Below are positions 8,863-19,397 of a stretch of DNA of 32,000 bases, piece after piece. The translations under genes and the position numbers were made by a program. Each line of letters begins with the position of its first letter. Positions within the stretch are counted from its first letter, which is position 1. Below the pieces are notes generated by a model. The model had not been told where the DNA came from, searched no databases, and saw nothing but the letters and a program-made list of their open reading frames with translations. Source of the stretch: an uncultured archaeon (lineage in GTDB: Archaea > Asgardarchaeota > Thorarchaeia > Thorarchaeales > Thorarchaeaceae); the NCBI GenBank assembly GCA_964354495.1, contig CAYHAA010000010.1:1-32000 (forward strand). The letters run 5' to 3'.

Positions 8863-9975
8863 ATGACGCCTGGAAAGAGAATTCGCATCACAGTAATCCT
8901 CATTATGGCTGGATGCATTTCTGCTGTTTTTGTTAGCATTGAGACCCATCCGGTGGGGTATGATGTTGCGGCTGAGGGAGATTTCGTGTACGTATCGAAC
9001 AATGATGGTGTAGTGGTTATCGACAAAAGCGTCTACAATGCACCAGTGCGAGTGGCGAATGTACCCATGAGTGACGGTGCTTTTGGATTAGACATAGAAA
9101 ACGACAGACTGTACGCTGCAGGAAGTTCAAGCGGCCTCGTTATTGTTGATATTAGTATTCCAACAAGTCCCGTAATTCTCGGAGATGTTCCTTTGGGTGT
9201 TGCAACCAATGTCTTTGTTTCTGGAAACTGTGCCTATGTAGTAAATGCCGACGGAGAACTTGGCATTGTTGATGTATCTAACTCATCTGACCCACTAATA
9301 CTTGGAACGTTGGACGTTGGCTCAAGAGGAAGTGATGTAGCAGTCGCAGGAAATACCGCGTATTTTGCGGATCCTGATAGTGGCCTTGTTGTAATTGACG
9401 TGAGTGAGCCTTCATCTCCGGGCATCATTCAAACCCTGTCCAACACGCATGGAGCTTGGGATATTTGTATCTACGAAGACATCCTGTATCTCGGGTGTCA
9501 TGGAAACGGCCTCAGAGTGTTCAACATGTCATCCCCAGAAGATCCAACGTGGCTCAGTTCGTTTGATAATGGTGGAGAAGTCTACGGTGTTTCCGGAAAC
9601 CGAGAGTATCTTGTATTGGCGGATTTGCAGGAAGGCGCTGAATTACTGGATGTTACAGACCTCAGAAATCCAGTGTTAGTTGCCGAGTATAGTAATGCAG
9701 CACCACATTCCGTATATTTTGACGGAAAGTATGCATACCTGGGCGATCAAGACAAAGAGTTCATCCTAATCGACTTCGATGCTGATGAACCAATTGGTTA
9801 CCCATCCCGCAGCCTGAATGTCAACTTGCTATGGGCAATCCCGATTATATTGCTCTCGATAGGAGTCTCGGTCATAGTCGTACCAGTCGTTGGAGCGAGA
9901 ATGAAGAGCTGGAGGTCACTTGGCCGCCAGCTCATGAAGATACTACTTGCTTCATTGTCTTGGCCCATTCGATGA
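8863..9975 (+). CDS. LVIVD-repeat beta-propeller membrane-anchored protein
   Basis: Repeats GLVIVDISIPTSP, GIVDVSNSSDP, GLVVIDVSEPSSP, GLRVFNMSSPEDP; N-terminal signal and C-terminal TM; last about 25 codons run through R7. Confidence 0.88.
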   Translation: MTPGKRIRITVILIMAGCISAVFVSIETHPVGYDVAAEGDFVYVSNNDGVVVIDKSVYNAPVRVANVPMSDGAFGLDIENDRLYAAGSSSGLVIVDISIPTSPVILGDVPLGVATNVFVSGNCAYVVNADGELGIVDVSNSSDPLILGTLDVGSRGSDVAVAGNTAYFADPDSGLVVIDVSEPSSPGIIQTLSNTHGAWDICIYEDILYLGCHGNGLRVFNMSSPEDPTWLSSFDNGGEVYGVSGNREYLVLADLQEGAELLDVTDLRNPVLVAEYSNAAPHSVYFDGKYAYLGDQDKEFILIDFDADEPIGYPSRSLNVNLLWAIPIILLSIGVSVIVVPVVGARMKSWRSLGRQLMKILLASLSWPIR

Positions 9976-10042
9976 CAGGTTGACAGAGATCCTTGATTCG
10001 CTCTTTCTTGGGATTCATTGGACCGGGCTCCCAGTCATCATC
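9890..10042. repeat. Junction repeat R7
   Basis: GAGCTGG-N14-CCAGCTC at 9906-9933; - strand DDWEPGPMNPKKERIKDLCQPVIEWAKTMK. Confidence 0.88.
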
Positions 10043-10183
10043 TATTTTGGCCATTTTCCCTGCTGTAATTCCTGATTCATCTGTAATTTCCCCCTTAACA
10101 AAGAAATATTTGAGATAATGGTACGCTGAGATATTCTTAAAAAAAGTGAGGAGAGCCATAGAATTGGCTCTCATACAAAGGGT

Positions 10184-10974
10184 CTAACCTATGGTGTGGG
10201 TGTAATCCTGGGTTTCAAGTAGATAGAGATCAGTTGAGGGATCTCCGTTTATCACAAATGAATTCGTGTACGACTCTGTACCAACTTTCGGATACGGCCA
10301 GAACATTGAGTACTTTTGGAACGTCATTGTGACTTTGATCCAGAGAAAGAACCAATCTCCATCACGATCATGTGCTGGTCCATTTGGTATTCCCATAAGC
10401 ATGACTATTCCCCAGTTTCTCTGGGTATCACCATACCCCTCATCAACATCGCAAGTCACATATCCAAGGTACCTGTACGATCCTTTTGTACTCTTGCTCG
10501 TCGAGATGGTGTGCGTAAGGACTTCTGTTTTGTCAGCAGTCCAACTAAGTCCTATACTCCCTCCGATTGAATAGATCTCACCATCACCAAAACGACCCGA
10601 AACGGCAGCATGGCCAGTGACCGAGAGTGTAGTTCCAAGTCCTTCAGAATCAAGTATCTCGTAATCAGCTAGACTTAACCAACTCGGATCTTCTAGAGTT
10701 GTACAATCTGCGGCAAGTAATTCCATCTTGATTTCACTTGGCACATTATACATCATCCATCCTCCATCATGGCGTTACCCTTGAGCTTTGATGTAAATTG
10801 GAATTCGGTAATTCCATCTTGTTGGTCGATATACCACATATCAAGTGGCACTTTGACCCAGATGTCTCTTGATGTACCATCACACCTCTCGTATGCGTAC
10901 GAATCTGCACTGACCGAAGTCACCGTCGACAGGATGATCAATCCCATAAATAGTATCATTACTTTTTTCTTCAT
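10184..10974 (-). CDS. Secreted protein of unknown function, split into 73-aa and 190-aa ORFs (likely frameshift near 10760)
   Basis: Signal peptide MKKKVMILFMGLIILSTVTSVSA on the upstream ORF; ATGA overlap; the downstream ORF has no signal peptide. Confidence 0.55.
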
Positions 10975-11263
10975 TCTGAATTACTCCTCGCCTTGCACCC
11001 CTGTATAATATGTGCATATGTTCTATTTTATCACCCGCTTTTTGAATGAAAGCAATTCCGCGTTTCAATTCCGTTGCATCAACTATGATTTCATAGAGAG
11101 AAACGAACAACGTCCTTTAGGGACTTATACCAGTATGTTTTTCAACAGACCAAGTAGCTCTTGAGCAACAACTATACCGAAGATGAAAGAACTGTAGATG
11201 GGAGGTGACTCTCAATAAAGTCAAAGTAAACCTCCTAAATTCCTGAAATCAGTTTTCCTTACA

Positions 11264-11640
11264 CTATTCAAAGAAAGCGGAAAGGTATGGCTCAGTACCA
11301 AAGCACCAAGTAGTTTCTACACCGTCAGTAATTTGGTTGCAGTCTGTAAATCGTAAATATAGTGTTGATGATGTTGCATCTGCAACATCAATATCACCAT
11401 TGAATGTGATGATGTCTAAATAAGATAAAACAATCCAGTTTCCTGAATCACTCCATCAGCATTCCTTTTTACAACAATAGCAGATATATTTCGGACTAAT
11501 GTACTTCTTGGATTGCTGGTTCATCACTCCAAATACGGATACATTTTCATTAGTTTAGACACTGCTAACACTCTTCGAATTGAGAATAATCCTCTCATGT
11601 ACGCAGGATATCCCTATAACATTCCTTCACAATATTGCTA
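11264..11640 (-). pseudogene. Degraded paralog of the 14821-15299 secreted protein
   Basis: EC*WSDSGNWIVLSYLDIITFNGDIDVADATSSTLYLRFTDC...TWCFGTEPY aligns with EYRWSD...EGDIDITAATSSVLYIRMIDC...SWYFGAEPF; shared downstream GATGGGAGGTGAC segment; 5' limit approximate. Confidence 0.65.
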
Positions 11641-11791
11641 GAATCGTGAATTGAATCCATATCCAATAGGTCTTTAGAATCAATGTTTACTAAAAGCATA
11701 AAATTTATGCTTAGCTGTTCATCAGAAGGGGTGGTCAGAAGAAAAGCAAAGATCTACATCATTGATGGAGACATTCGTGTGGCTCTTTTCT

Positions 11792-12361
11792 TCAGAGAGA
11801 GATTTCTGCTTTTCTTCTTGACCTCGAGTTATTTAGTGAATTACTATTCATTGTAATCATATCCCTGTGTTTCTTCGACAATAAAACCAGTTTCGGAACC
11901 GGGTAATATCGTACAGAAAATCCCAATGCAATGAAAACTAAACCTGTACCTAAGACCCTCAATTGTGGAATTCTATGAAGGACATAAATCTGACTGGGAG
12001 CGTAGCCAGATTGATTGAAAGGTCTAACCAATAAAACATACAACCCGGGAGATCCAAGGTCAACAGGACCAGAATACTCACTTATATTCACTAGACTGAA
12101 TACAATTGTTACGTTTTCGATTGGAGTCCCATCAATGAATCTAAAACTCTCTTCGATAGTCATGAAATAGAGAGAGATTGGTATTGGGTGTCGCATAGTA
12201 ACTATCAGATAGGGATCATCGGGACATTGCAGCAGATGTATAACGGAATAACCTTCAGGAGGATCGTCATACGTTGATAAGATGTAACTTGGAATGAATG
12301 AAATCATACTAAGGACAATTCCAAGTACGAAGAGCGATTTCCAAAGATGCTCATTCTCCAC
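11792..12361 (-). CDS. Two-TM membrane protein, tandem paralog A
   Basis: N- and C-terminal TMs; shares blocks with 12365-12883. Confidence 0.75.
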   Translation of the reverse strand: MENEHLWKSLFVLGIVLSMISFIPSYILSTYDDPPEGYSVIHLLQCPDDPYLIVTMRHPIPISLYFMTIEESFRFIDGTPIENVTIVFSLVNISEYSGPVDLGSPGLYVLLVRPFNQSGYAPSQIYVLHRIPQLRVLGTGLVFIALGFSVRYYPVPKLVLLSKKHRDMITMNSNSLNNSRSRRKAEISL

Positions 12362-12364
12362 TAT

Positions 12365-12883
12365 TCAAACCTCCACCCTTCGAGACGCCAAAATACTATG
12401 GAACAATACTAATACACTAAATATGATGAAGACAAAACCTGTACCTAAGACCCTCAATTGTGGAGTTTCACGAAAGACAGTCATTGAGTAACCCAAGTAA
12501 TCATATTCAATTGTAGATTCAGATTGATTGAAAGTCGTAATAAAGAGAACATACAACCCGGGAGATCCAAGGTCAACAGGACCAGAATACTCACTTATGT
12601 TCACTAGACTGAATACAATTGTTACGTTTTCGATTGGAGTCCCATCAATGAATCTAAAACTCTCTTCGATACTCATGAAATAGAGAGAGATCAGCCTATC
12701 ATTTTGCACATCCACAATCAGATATGGATTCTCTAAACATTGGAACAAGTGTCCTCTATATGCAGAAGTATCATAAATAAGAATTCCCCCGTTTTCCGAT
12801 GAAAGAATACCTTTGCTGAAGGAAATCATTACCAAGACAATTCCAAGTACGAAGAGCGATTTCCAAAGATGCTCTCTCTCCAC
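12365..12883 (-). CDS. Two-TM membrane protein, tandem paralog B
   Basis: MEREHLWKSLFVLGIVL; operonic with the ABC genes. Confidence 0.75.
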   Translation of the reverse strand: MEREHLWKSLFVLGIVLVMISFSKGILSSENGGILIYDTSAYRGHLFQCLENPYLIVDVQNDRLISLYFMSIEESFRFIDGTPIENVTIVFSLVNISEYSGPVDLGSPGLYVLFITTFNQSESTIEYDYLGYSMTVFRETPQLRVLGTGFVFIIFSVLVLFHSILASRRVEV

Positions 12884-12886
12884 TAT

Positions 12887-13717
12887 TCAAACCTCCAATC
12901 TCCGAAACACCAAGGTACTGAAATACAACAGTAGTGCACCCAGTGCAAGAGCAGCTCCACATCCATACAGAACATCATTGAATGATGTCGCCCCCGAATA
13001 CCAGAAAGGACTTGTGGGATTAGGATTGACGTATTTCATTGCTGAAAAGATTGGAAATAGTAGGTTCACTATGAAAGAGGGTGTGGATGGCAATGGAATT
13101 ACCACGAAGGCACCAAACCACATACCAATTCCTCCAGCAGCTGTAACTGAAGCACTTCTTGAAAGGACAGCTATGAACAAACAGCTTACTGTCATGAGAA
13201 AAATCGTGATCCAGAGAGGACCAAGAAGCTGGCACAATACGACCACATCTATAGAGAAGGGGCAAAAAAAAAACAGACCGACTATGCTTCCCAAAGTCAC
13301 AGATACGGTCATGAGAACGAAAATCACACCACTCTTCACCAGAAGCAGCTTCTTTCTTTCAATAGGGTAGGATACTAATGTCCGAATTTGACCATTACCA
13401 AAACTAAGAGCAAAGTTGAATGCAACGAGTAGTGGAACCAGTAGAAGAACGATGTAGAAGGAATTGAGTATCGATACCACAGCTGCACGGGTTGTCATGC
13501 TCCGAATGGTTGCAGTAAGCTCCTCGGTAATTGCTACATTATCCCAACCTATTGGTAGATATATGTCCAGATCACCACTAGCTTGATTGAGTAGCGAAAT
13601 TGATGCAACGAAAATAAATAGCGAGAGAAGTCCTATTATGAACGGAAATGGATACGACATATTAATCTCAAGACGATGAGTACTGAACTTTCGAGTTTTA
13701 TTTTCACTCATGACCAA
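12887..13717 (-). CDS. ABC-2-type transporter permease
   Basis: Six-TM pattern; FGNGQIRTLVSYPIERKKLLLVK EAA-like loop; overlaps the ATPase gene. Confidence 0.85.
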   Translation of the reverse strand: MVMSENKTRKFSTHRLEINMSYPFPFIIGLLSLFIFVASISLLNQASGDLDIYLPIGWDNVAITEELTATIRSMTTRAAVVSILNSFYIVLLLVPLLVAFNFALSFGNGQIRTLVSYPIERKKLLLVKSGVIFVLMTVSVTLGSIVGLFFFCPFSIDVVVLCQLLGPLWITIFLMTVSCLFIAVLSRSASVTAAGGIGMWFGAFVVIPLPSTPSFIVNLLFPIFSAMKYVNPNPTSPFWYSGATSFNDVLYGCGAALALGALLLYFSTLVFRRLEV

Positions 13718-14678
13718 TTAACCTCCTAAACATATCTTCAAGGGTCCCTGTGTTTTCGACTCCATAGAATTTGATGTCTGAGCCATTGACAAGCTCTTCC
13801 AGATGTGATTCCAAATTCTCTGTATAATCAGGTGTAACTTCGATGATCACAGACTTAGAGCCGTCCACGAATACGTCAATAATTCCCTGCTCGTCCTTGA
13901 GGATTTTTTCTAGTTTCAAAGAATCAGATGACATGACTCTGAACCTGCATTGTGTATGTCTTTCCACCAGTTCATCCAGACTCCCCTGTTCCACAATCTT
14001 GCCATTAACAATAACTGCTATCTGGTGACAAACTCTTTCCAGCTCAGACAGGATATGTGATGTTATGAGAAATGAAACCGTTTCTTGTTGATGGATTTCC
14101 ACAATAAGTCGTAGGACTTGATCTCTTCCTGCTATATCGAGATTTGATGTGGGTTCATCCAATAGAACCAACTTTGGTTTTCCTACCAGTGCTTGCGCAA
14201 GTCCAAGACGCCTCTTCATTCCTGCTGATAGGTTTCTTGTCTTTCGATCTGCTGCTTCAGATAGACCTACCATTGAAAGTAATTCATCAGCTGGAACTCT
14301 CTGAGGATAGAGAAATCCCACATCAGTTAGGTATTGTCGTGGGGTCATCATTGGAGGGAAATATGGATTCTCATGCAGCACTCCGATGTGTCGAAGGAAA
14401 TCCCTTGAATCGCTTGAAGTATCGCTATCAAAGATTTTAGCAGAGCCAGTATTGGGTTTGATGAGCCCCAATAAAACTCTGATCAATGTTGTTTTGCCAG
14501 CTCCATTTGGTCCGATCAGACCAAGGATACTCGGTTCCATATCGAGTGATAGATTATCCAACGCTTTAACAGATCCAAATTCCTTTGTCACATTGCGAAT
14601 TGAAATGATATATTCACTCAGAATACCAAACCTCCCACGAATACAATTCGAGATATGCAACCTATTATATTTTGTCAA
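13704..14678 (-). CDS. ABC transporter ATP-binding protein (true start probably about 20 codons later)
   Basis: GPNGAGKTT Walker A, LSAGMKRRL signature, LLDEPTSNLD Walker B, TSHIL H-loop. Confidence 0.95.
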   Translation of the reverse strand: MTKYNRLHISNCIRGRFGILSEYIISIRNVTKEFGSVKALDNLSLDMEPSILGLIGPNGAGKTTLIRVLLGLIKPNTGSAKIFDSDTSSDSRDFLRHIGVLHENPYFPPMMTPRQYLTDVGFLYPQRVPADELLSMVGLSEAADRKTRNLSAGMKRRLGLAQALVGKPKLVLLDEPTSNLDIAGRDQVLRLIVEIHQQETVSFLITSHILSELERVCHQIAVIVNGKIVEQGSLDELVERHTQCRFRVMSSDSLKLEKILKDEQGIIDVFVDGSKSVIIEVTPDYTENLESHLEELVNGSDIKFYGVENTGTLEDMFRRLIGHE

Positions 14679-14820
14679 TTGGATGATAGCTGCAGATATA
14701 TGATCGTATACGTTCTCCTAATTAGCGGATGATTTGAAAAGTTCATGGAGTGAGATGGGAGGTGACTTCTCACAAAGTCTAAAACAAACCTCCCAAATCC
14801 GAAGAATCAGATTTCTTGGT

Positions 14821-15299
14821 TCACGCTGTCCATGCCTTTACAAAAGGCTCAGCACCAAAATACCAAGAAGTTCCTACAGTATCATCATCATCGCAATCTA
14901 TCATCCGTATATACAGAACTGACGATGTTGCCGCGGTAATATCAATGTCACCTTCATACGCGAAGACATCACAAAGCACCAACCGAGTGTAATCTTCAGC
15001 ATCAGACCATCTATATTCCACTTCAAGCGATTCTATCCATGGCCATCCAGGGTAAATAGTATTATAAACAAGGTGTATCCAATAGTCATCCGCATTTTGG
15101 GTAATGCCCTCAAATGTGAATACGATATCGCATCTATAGTAACCAGAATAGTATGTTTCAACAGCTCTGTTATTCAATACACTCCATACACCTTTGACTT
15201 CTTCGATGTCCTCATAATAGTAATAGTTATAATGTGAAGCGCTTGCTGGCATACAAAACGACAAACAAATGCTACGAAAATTGGTATGAACAGTTTCAT
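14821..15299 (-). pseudogene. Secreted protein with a 1-nt frameshift in the signal peptide
   Basis: MKLFIPIFVAFV (ATG 15299) is one base out of frame from LSFCMPASASHY...; the shift falls in a T-run near 15265. Confidence 0.55.
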
Positions 15300-15733
15300 A
15301 TTTTTTCTCAAATACTTTTTCTCCTCATACCACACGAAAGTCCCATTAGCTATATTCACTCATTGCATAAAAGATTTGTGGAATCTTATTATTGATTAAT
15401 TCGATGTTGAAAGTACTAACGCATTCTAGTTCTTAGAAAAGCAACTTGATAGAACACTAAATTACCCAACCTGGACAATTGATCTGAATTTGGTCATTCC
15501 TGCGATGATTACAGTGGCAATCCAACTCGTATTACTGGTTATCAAGTATGTAACAGGCATCTAGTCAATCTACAAAATCAAAATCCATCTTTTCCAGACT
15601 ATCATGTAAATGACTCGGCTTCAACCTCTAGAATTAACCACAACCGCAATTCATTGAGCGTATGGGCTCTTGAATCAGCTAGTAGGTATTCGTGTTCCAT
15701 ATATTACTCCCAGAAACAGAAGAAGGAACATAG

Positions 15734-16117
15734 GTGCAATACCGAATGAAAAGAATACGAACCCCCTCGAAGAAATTGCAGGAGAGTCTCTTCCATGTTA
15801 TTCTGGAGGTTAAGCCTGCGGTCATCATTGGTAGGAAACAGAGAATAAAGATGACTCATGGAACATATGTCATTGAGGACATACCTCACCCAAAAAATAA
15901 ATCACCAGAAGGACTGAGAATCTATGCATCACTACCAGCAACGAATATCGATAGAGCAATGGAACCGGCAAGAGGAGTCGCTAACATACTCCAAAATCAA
16001 TTCACCGTCCTGACAAAAACATCCATTCCTGAGTTGCTTATCATGAAAGCATATGATGTGACACCAGGAAGGAAATTTATCCAATACTTCGAACGTTTTA
16101 TTTATCATAGACAATAG
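15734..16117 (+). CDS. Hypothetical protein
   Basis: ORF only; no recognisable motif. Confidence 0.3.
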   Translation: MQYRMKRIRTPSKKLQESLFHVILEVKPAVIIGRKQRIKMTHGTYVIEDIPHPKNKSPEGLRIYASLPATNIDRAMEPARGVANILQNQFTVLTKTSIPELLIMKAYDVTPGRKFIQYFERFIYHRQ

Positions 16118-16246
16118 CCATGTTTCTTTTCTTGTACACACAGACTTCTTTCCCACTAGAGGATGTGAGTCTGAGGTCCATACCATTCTGCCATACTTTC
16201 ATACTGTCTAATATCTCTCTACCTTCTTCGTTGGTCAAATATTCAG

Positions 16247-16897
16247 CTATCTCACGTACATCAGCATCATCAATACCGCTATTGCAGAGGTCACTTCCAC
16301 GCCCCTTCCGACGGTCTCGAATAGGCTCTCCTCTAGCCAGCGAGCTCTCTCACTACCGTCTTTCTCCTTGGGAACAAGCCAAGCCCATACACTATAGACT
16401 GTTTCTGGAGTCACCATTGTATATAGTCCTTCCATATGCTTACGAAATCGAACAACCTTGGAATGCGTCTTGTCCGTTCCTTCTATTCTGACATGTATTC
16501 TATGAGTTTCTTTCAATTCGTTCATGTATTCGATAAACATGCTAGATATTAGATTGACAATCTCTAGATACTGATTTCCGTCGCGAGTGATCTCGTCGCT
16601 ACTAGGAACGAACTCCTCAATGACTCTATCGATCATTTTGTGAACATCGCTTCTCTGTAGATCATAAGGATACCATTTCTTGTACTCAAACTCTTTCTGA
16701 CGATCCTGTGCACTATAAATCTGGTTCTCAACGAAAGTCACGAAGTCTCGTATCCATTCTTCGATGATGGTTATGATATCTTCCTTTGAAATCCCAAGTC
16801 CTTGGAGATATTCTAATGATTTTTGTTTTTGTTCACGCCGCCGATTCTCCATAGCATGACTAGAGTCGGAAAACGCAATTATTGGTTTCGTAATCAT
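16247..16897 (-). CDS. Hypothetical helical protein
   Basis: 216-aa ORF with protein-like composition; no family recognised. Confidence 0.55.
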   Translation of the reverse strand: MITKPIIAFSDSSHAMENRRREQKQKSLEYLQGLGISKEDIITIIEEWIRDFVTFVENQIYSAQDRQKEFEYKKWYPYDLQRSDVHKMIDRVIEEFVPSSDEITRDGNQYLEIVNLISSMFIEYMNELKETHRIHVRIEGTDKTHSKVVRFRKHMEGLYTMVTPETVYSVWAWLVPKEKDGSERARWLEESLFETVGRGVEVTSAIAVLMMLMYVR

Positions 16898-16955
16898 CTC
16901 AATACGTGATATACATGGTAGATGATAGCGTCACAGCCAAGATTGACGAGTTCTC

Positions 16956-17105
16956 TGTGAGGTTGTGATGCAGACCTATCACTTCACATCAGTGCGAGAA
17001 CTCCATGAATTCCTGTGGCATGGCAAAGAAACGAATTGGAAATTCGAATGAAAAGAAGACCGTGAGCTAGAGTCTAAGTCTCTCAGCTTATTTTCGTTTT
17101 TTGAT
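16956..17105. repeat. Junction repeat R8
   Basis: + CEVVMQTYHFTSVRELHEFLWHGKETNWKFE*; bulged inverted repeat 17063-17090; DUF35 arm nearly erased. Confidence 0.85.
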
Positions 17106-17165
17106 TTACGTTGTTCGAAGGATTGATGTCTAGGAAGAACCCAGATTCTCTCGAGGCAACCTGAG

Positions 17166-17951
17166 TTGATAGCAGACTTACCTGATGGACTTAGAGAATC
17201 TGGTGCAATCGAAGTCAGAGAAAAACTCGGAACTATCTCTGGCGGAGATATCCTCGATGTAGGCACACAGGAGGGTGACTTCATTGATACGTTGATGAAG
17301 ACTCTGAGGGGATACAAATCATTCGTAGGAATAGATATCTCAGCAGATGACTTGAAGAAAGCAAGAGAGCAATTCAAAGACGCTCCAGTGGATTTGATGG
17401 AAATGAATGCTGAAACGATGTCATTTCCAGACAATCATTTTGATACGGTGTGTATCTCATACTCAATCCATCACCTGGAGAACATTGACACTGTACTAGC
17501 TGAGATGCATCGCGTGTTGAAACCCGGATGCAATTTCATCATCCAAGAATTGTTTTCTGATGGAGAACAGACTGAAGCTCAGCGATTGGATAGGGATGTG
17601 CATAATCTGAATGTAAAGATCGACACCATCTTGGGCATCCCTCATTTCGAGGCCTTAACTCGTCAGAGATTGAAAGATGTAGTCAACAAGGTCGGTCTGA
17701 GTGCTGTAGAGATCTATGAGTCCTCATGGGCTGTCAAATGCCTATTCTGTGAAGATGCACCCGATTGCGAAAACCCACTGAGAAAGGAGCATGTTGACAT
17801 TGTGACAAAGGAGATTGATGCTGACTTGGCTCGAATAATTGATCATCCGTCTTATGATGAATTAAGGAAAGAGGGAGAATCAATCAAAGAGAAACTCAAA
17901 GTCACAGGGTCATCTGCAGCATCCGTGATGTATTTCTTCGGAAAGAAGTAG
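17166..17951 (+). CDS. Class I SAM-dependent methyltransferase, copy 2
   Basis: Same length (261 aa) and colinear with 6611-7396, including the flanks. Confidence 0.9.
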   Translation: MIADLPDGLRESGAIEVREKLGTISGGDILDVGTQEGDFIDTLMKTLRGYKSFVGIDISADDLKKAREQFKDAPVDLMEMNAETMSFPDNHFDTVCISYSIHHLENIDTVLAEMHRVLKPGCNFIIQELFSDGEQTEAQRLDRDVHNLNVKIDTILGIPHFEALTRQRLKDVVNKVGLSAVEIYESSWAVKCLFCEDAPDCENPLRKEHVDIVTKEIDADLARIIDHPSYDELRKEGESIKEKLKVTGSSAASVMYFFGKK

Positions 17952-17979
17952 TGTCAAAACGAAACCCGAGTTGCGGCTT

Positions 17980-18011
17980 TTCAGATTTCATGCCAAGAGT
18001 TGCACGAATTT
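17980..18011 (+). repeat. R8b: truncated gene X arm
   Basis: TTCAGATTTCATGCCAAGAGTTGCACGAATT, same as the start of R6 (QELHEF), then breaks off. Confidence 0.7.
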
Positions 18012-18059
18012 CAAGCATATCTCTACGAAGTAAGACCAACATGGTATAACCTGAAGATT

Positions 18060-18572
18060 TCAATCGTTCCGGGGAACACCATAGTATGTCCACATACTTA
18101 CAGGAGCACCCGCAAGTTTCAGGTACATCCACAACTGCATTTTGTGCATTGCTAGATGAGTTGTGATCTCCGGGATATAATGAGCCCAACTCTTTGGTAG
18201 CCCTTCTTGATCGAATGGCTTCAGACTGTTCTCCGTAAGCTTATCGTCGGAGAGTTTTGAGATGAATTCATGAATAGTCTCCATCCCTTTGTCATAGATT
18301 GCAAGCAGTTCATCAATCGTGCCCCTACGAAGCTCCTTTTCCATTGCATGGACTTCTTCAAAGTCATTGAATTGCATTGAGCAGAATTTTAGATCAATTG
18401 TTGGGATTTCAGCCAAATGATTAATCAAATCAATCAAAGAACGCATTTCATCTCGGGGTTTGAAATTAAGATCAGAACCTATAGCAGCCGCCATGACAAA
18501 TCTAGTTTGACGACTCTCATGATCTATCATATCTAGTAGTATCTTAGAAATTGTACCCATGTCTAAAACCAT
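18060..18572 (-). CDS. DinB/YfiT-family protein
   Basis: LNFKPRDEMRSLIDLINHL and THLAMHKMQLWMYLKLAG with the family His triad pattern; start uncertain (18572 or 18560). Confidence 0.85.
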   Translation of the reverse strand: MVLDMGTISKILLDMIDHESRQTRFVMAAAIGSDLNFKPRDEMRSLIDLINHLAEIPTIDLKFCSMQFNDFEEVHAMEKELRRGTIDELLAIYDKGMETIHEFISKLSDDKLTENSLKPFDQEGLPKSWAHYIPEITTHLAMHKMQLWMYLKLAGAPVSMWTYYGVPRND

Positions 18573-18625
18573 GCGACTACAAACCGAACACGTACTTGAC
18601 AATTACGCTCGTTTTGTACGAGAGG

Positions 18626-18820
18626 TGTCGCTTCACATCAGTACAAGAACTTCATGAGTTCCTATGGCATGGAAGAGATACAAAGTGGAAGTTCGCTGAA
18701 GAATAAAAGTGGCAGAGCTGGAAGTCACAAGACAACCAGCTCTTGGGATTATCAGGTTGCTTCATTGTCTTGACCCATTCATAGACTAGAGCGCAGAGTT
18801 CCTTCATGCAAGACGCTCTT
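18626..18820. repeat. Junction repeat R9
   Basis: + CRFTSVQELHEFLWHGRDTKWKFAEE*; AGAGCTGG-N14-CCAGCTCT at 18714-18743; - strand MKELCALVYEWVKTMK. Confidence 0.92.
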
Positions 18821-19062
18821 CATTCAGGGGACTTGTCCTTCAATTCGTACTCGGAGCGCATTTTCTCAAGTCTCTTTCGATCCTCATAGGTCTTGTAAAC
18901 TCCAACAGCTACTGCACAAGGACCAACAGTACGGACTCTCCGTCGCTTCTTATGGTGTATCAAGGTTTTGTCTGTTCCACGAGCTCTTGAGTCTCTACCA
19001 ATTATCAGGACAAATACTGCAATTGCTAATCCAGCAGAGAGTAGAATCAGACCTAATTCCAT
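18820..19062 (-). CDS. Small single-TM protein (80 aa), copy 2
   Basis: Paralog of 2075-2317 with the same junction to the repeat. Confidence 0.7.
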   Translation of the reverse strand: MELGLILLSAGLAIAVFVLIIGRDSRARGTDKTLIHHKKRRRVRTVGPCAVAVGVYKTYEDRKRLEKMRSEYELKDKSPE

Positions 19063-19397
19063 AAGTGATACGTATGCTAGAGTGATAAAAATATCATGAA
19101 TAAAGCAGGAGTGAGAGTGAGTTGCACAACACACGCTCTGAGAAGCTCACTCGCTTCTTTGGATTCTCCAGGTCTGAAATACATCGTATAGAGGATTCTT
19201 GATGACCTCGATTTGATCGATCTAGGGTTGGAAAGTAAGAGATGAAGAGCTGATCGTCGTCTAAGAAGCGCACACAAGAGGATTGATTAGGAAAGCAATA
19301 GACTTGATTTGAGGGAAATCTGCTGCTGGCGCGAGAGTCAATAGTCGCATCAATTGTTCTGATATTATGTCTGGCAGGATGTTATCCAATCTCGCCA

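Noticed and set aside
13263-13272. A9 homopolymer in the permease as a phase-variation site
   Set aside because: The ORF is intact, the run simply encodes Phe-rich TM sequence, and there is no evidence of slippage.
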